Positions 59,381 to 64,000 of a stretch of 64,000 bases of DNA are shown here, piece by piece. Both the position numbers and the translations under genes were made by a program. Origin of the DNA: the human T2T-CHM13v2.0 reference genome, Homo sapiens; assembly GCF_009914755.1 (NCBI RefSeq), contig NC_060944.1; one strand, given 5' to 3'. Position 1 is the stretch's first letter. Each line of letters opens with the position of its first letter. A model generated the notes under the pieces. That model did no database searches, was not told the origin of the DNA, and saw nothing but the letters and a program-made list of their open reading frames with translations.

Positions 59381-59630
59381 TACAAATACATAATTTTTGA
59401 CCATATATTTTGAAAAATTTTTAAATAATGTTCCAAGTAATTTTTAGGGATACCAAAATGGCTTAATTTTACTTTTTTTTTTTTTGAGACAGGGTCTCGC
59501 TCTGTTGCGCAGGCCGGAGTGCAGTGGCATGATCTCAGCTCACTCCAACGTCCAGCTCCCGGGCTCAAGTGATCCTCCTACCTCAGCCTACAGAGCAGCT
59601 GGGACTACAGGCACGCACCACCATGCCTAG

Positions 59631-59846
<216 letters not shown>

Positions 59847-60382
59847 TAAGAGATTTGTATGTATAATTGTGTGTACACATTCCTAGTATTTTCCTGATAT
59901 AAAAAAATTATTCCTATATAAGAAATCACAAAGGATACACTGCAGCCACAATCTGGAACTCTCTGCTTCTCTGCTTTGCTTCTGTTTCCCAAGACAATTT
60001 ATCAAAGTACTGATATGAACTGGCAAGTTGACCATATTAGAAAACCATCAGGAGGAAAGATATGTTTTTGAAGTAACATGGAAGCAAATATGAGCACCTA
60101 TAACATCTACTGTGCAAATCTATCAGCATAAATCTTCTCATTTGATAGCCCAAAAATAGTACTAGCAATAGGCAGGTGGCTGTAACAACAACTAACATCT
60201 AGTTTTCACTTTGTGCTAGGTACTGCATGCATTTCTTCCTATTGCCTTCAAGGTACCACATAAAGGATGGTTAAGAGCAGAGGTTCTGGGCCAGACGCAG
60301 TGGCTCTCGCCTGTAATCCCAGCACTTTGGGAGGCCGAGGTGGGTGGATCACCAGGTCAGGAGATCAAGACCATCCTGGCTA

Positions 60383-60617
<235 letters not shown>

Positions 60618-61508
60618 CTAGGTTCAAATCCTGGCCCTGCAACGTCCTACCAATGTGACTTTTAGCAAGTAATTTAATTTGTGTGAGTCTCATCTGTAAA
60701 CTGAAATGACAGTAGTACCCATGTCCTAAGGTGTAGTGAGAATTAAATAATGTGCACAAAGTACTTAACCCAGTGTTGAGGGCACAGGAAGTGAATAATA
60801 AACTTTAATGATGATGATTATTACTTGTGGGTGTTCTACTCTGAGCTTCCAGTGTTTAGTTTCCATTTATGAAAAGAAATTCTTATATCCATTAAAAATG
60901 TTGATTTATTTTGGCCTGGGAGAAAGAATTGGTGTGAGAAGAGTCTTACACAGAACATTTTGCAAAGGGTGAAATACTAACATTCAGAGAGCAGCTGGTA
61001 TGCAGGTGCTCTAATTAGTTTGGCCAAAGGGTCCAAGGTTATTGATCTCAGTGACAGAACCCTCCTGAATAGAGGTTTCCATAGTGATAGACTGAGCAAT
61101 CACAGACCATGAAATCTACAATGTCTTCATAGATTTCCACTGAGCCAACCCACTTTTAGTGAAAAATACTGTGATTCCCTTGAGATGTATGATAAAATCC
61201 CTAGTGGGACACCGCTTGATAATCTTTGATTAAAAAGAAGTGGGGGGGGAAGCCCTCCTCAAAGTGAACGAAACCAAAACACCCAACCTGGGAGGGCAAA
61301 TGAACTGCTACTTTTCAAATTTAACCAAAGGGTTTTCTTTTTAAACTAAAACAATACTGTGCAGAATCTGGAAGAATGTCGCACTATTAGCATTTATATC
61401 TTCTTTCAATAATGAGAAATATTAAAAGAGGAAGAGCTTTTTAGGGAAAAGGGACTATTTAAAATAAGTAAACAAATAATTCCAAATAATATATTACATA
61501 TTTAATTA

Positions 61509-61622
<114 letters not shown>

Positions 61623-64000
61623 TTACACTAAAAAAGAAAATAAAGTGAGCAAAGTAAAAACAGGTGGGATCAAAAGTATACCTGTTACCATTACTGTTAG
61701 AAAAAAAAAAGCAAATTTTTATTTCAAAAAGGAAGTTTCAGTGTAGATAACTGGAGACTATAGGTTTTATTTCTTAAAGGGAAACAAATGAAATGATACC
61801 AAAAATGGATATGTACTATGACAGAATATAAACTGTTCACATACTTGATGCCAAAATCCTATTACACAATTTTGGAAACTAGATGATCTAAAATCTATGT
61901 TTCAGTATACATACTTTTTAACGGGAATCTCCCCAGTTGGTCTAGAAACCTATGAACAAAATGACATCAGAAATAAAAGGGAATAGCTAAAATTATAGCA
62001 CTCTGATTCTTTAAAATGACACTGAGTATTTGTCTGGCCTAACCCTAGTTAAGTATAACTTTCATGACACATGATAGCATTTCTCTAGAGCAGTCCTGAC
62101 CCAGACAGCTATGTTCACAGGAAGACACGTTTTAGAGAACAAGACGTTACCACTGTGAAAGCAGAATTAGAAATGCACTCTACCAGTAAGGTTGATACTT
62201 CCATTTGTGTTTTTCTTCATAGCCTGGAATAGTGTAATTAATTGTTAAACAAGAAAGAAAATAAATGAACTATACACTTGCAACCCCCTAAAAACTTCAT
62301 TGTGCACATGAGTGGAAAAAGAAAAGAAAACAAACAAACTTCTCTTTAGCCTAAAGAAAGGTTGAAAGTAAAGAAAAAAAACAGAAATGACTATTGTGTG
62401 GACGCACCACTAAATGATCTCTTAACTAGTTTGATTAATCAAAGTCCTCCATATTTTCCACCTGATTTTTATATTTAAACAGAGAAAGGTAGATGAAGAA
62501 CCAACCAAAGCAACAAGAAACGCAACAGAGAAGTCTGTTAATAAACCCTTGAATCTAGTCTCCAAATTATTTTTTCACTCAGGGTTATTAGTACCAAATT
62601 TTGAATACAAATTAAGCAAACCAGCATCTATGAACATATCAGAGAGAATCAGAAGAAAAGTACCACAAAAAAAATAGAAATAGAGAATATTTGAAGCAAA
62701 AGGTTCACTTCACCTCTTTATTTCTAAGCCTTTACCCGCCCCCCCCCGCCCCCACCCCTCTTGGGCATTCTCAGAGGGAGCAGTGCCTCTCCATCGGCCC
62801 TTGGGTCCTCTCTGATTCATATCTGCTCGTTTCTCAAGGTGGCTCCGAAGTTATTGTGAGACCTCTAATATTCCAAAGGTCAAGGTGTCATAATGTTTGA
62901 TATAAAGTAACCATTATATTATTGTAGTACCAGCGCAAAATAAAGAGGCAAGGAATCAGGACTTTTCACTTTACTTATTTGCGGAAGTTAAGGTATTTTA
63001 GGCAGAGCTCTCTGGGGAACACTGAAAACAGTCTCAAAAGAATTCAGCTACTAAAAAAAAAAAAAAAAAAAAAAAATTCAGCCAGCCTGCACCTCAACTT
63101 CTTAGGACAAAAAAATAATTTAAATACATTCTCGACGTATATTTTGCTGGTTTATTTAAGTACATAAACATGAAGAAACATTATCCACACAATCCCATGC
63201 TTCACTAGTCTCTAATTCTCAGTTTAGGGTAGGATCCCCCAAATACACAATCAATTCCTATATACCTGGGGGGAGAGGTGAGCAATCACTTATTTCAATA
63301 TTTTCAAAGCTTCACATCATCTAAAAGAGTACTATTGCAGGTTGTAAACAAATTCTTCCTGCTGGTAGAACTAAATTGAAGTTTGACTTACAATGTTCCT
63401 CAATTACCTTATGATCCGTTAGTCAATGTTCAGCTCTCACCGAGTTCATAAATCATCTGAGCCAATCTCCCCAACCCGCAGACCGCCCCCCAAGTCCTCT
63501 TTAGCCCTCTCTGGAAATCAGTCAGCATTTACGTACACATCACATTTAAGTATACACTGCTGAACCCTACAGGCAGAAATTCATTTCTTTCACAAATATT
63601 TACAGAATTCCTACCACGTGCATGGCACTAGAATGAATGCTAGGGATAGAAGCCCAAACTCCATTTCCGTAAGGACTAGAATCTCATTCCTGCCCTCCAA
63701 GAGCTTACAATGTAACACTGTGCTAAGAGGCTCTGAACCTACATATGTAACTTTTAATTATACCATGCTGACTTAATAGCATGGCAGGTGATCACCCTAG
63801 ATGTTAATACAAACTTTACATTCCTGTTGACACACTAAAAGATCTATCATCTAAAAACCAAAACAGGCCAGAATTAAAATCTGGCTACAGACTAAAACTT
63901 CAGGAATGAAGTTCTGTCTAAACCATTTTCAGACTTCCAGCATTTTTTTACTACTCACTTTTTTTCTCAGTTATTTTAGCCAAGAGCAAATGAGCGTTAG

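Noticed and set aside
62430-62443. Perfect 14-bp palindrome TTTGATTAATCAAA
   Set aside because: AT-rich and of a length expected by chance in 64 kb; no supporting context.

Overview
Human (primate) genomic DNA from the JPH2-OSER1 locus (chr20q13), with both genes on the minus strand. JPH2 (junctophilin-2): promoter/5'UTR region, coding exon 1 (41335-40957), the ~26 kb intron 1, CpG-island exon 2 (15044-14255) and part of intron 2. Intron 1 also holds an alternative terminal exon (acceptor at 32600) that gives a 129-aa MORN-only isoform. OSER1: three coding exons (61586-61510, 57698-57585, 52359-51672; 879 nt, 292 aa) plus 3'UTR. The rest is dense in Alu, MIR, L1, L2, LTR and DNA-transposon fossils, and nearly all other ORFs in the supplied track are repeat-derived or shadow ORFs. 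I found no evidence of a wholly new multi-gene system. Best leads: (1) a strongly G-to-A depleted ERV1 solo LTR with an intact 4-bp TSD, which looks like a fossil of APOBEC/AID editing; (2) the short JPH2 isoform appears built from a MIR-derived splice acceptor/stop plus a poly(A) site that borrows an Alu tail as its U-rich downstream element; (3) a templated-insertion repair scar in an inverted L1; (4) a Met-Met-Arg uORF overlapping the JPH2 start codon. Repeat family names come from recalled consensus sequences, not from an alignment, and repeat boundaries are approximate.
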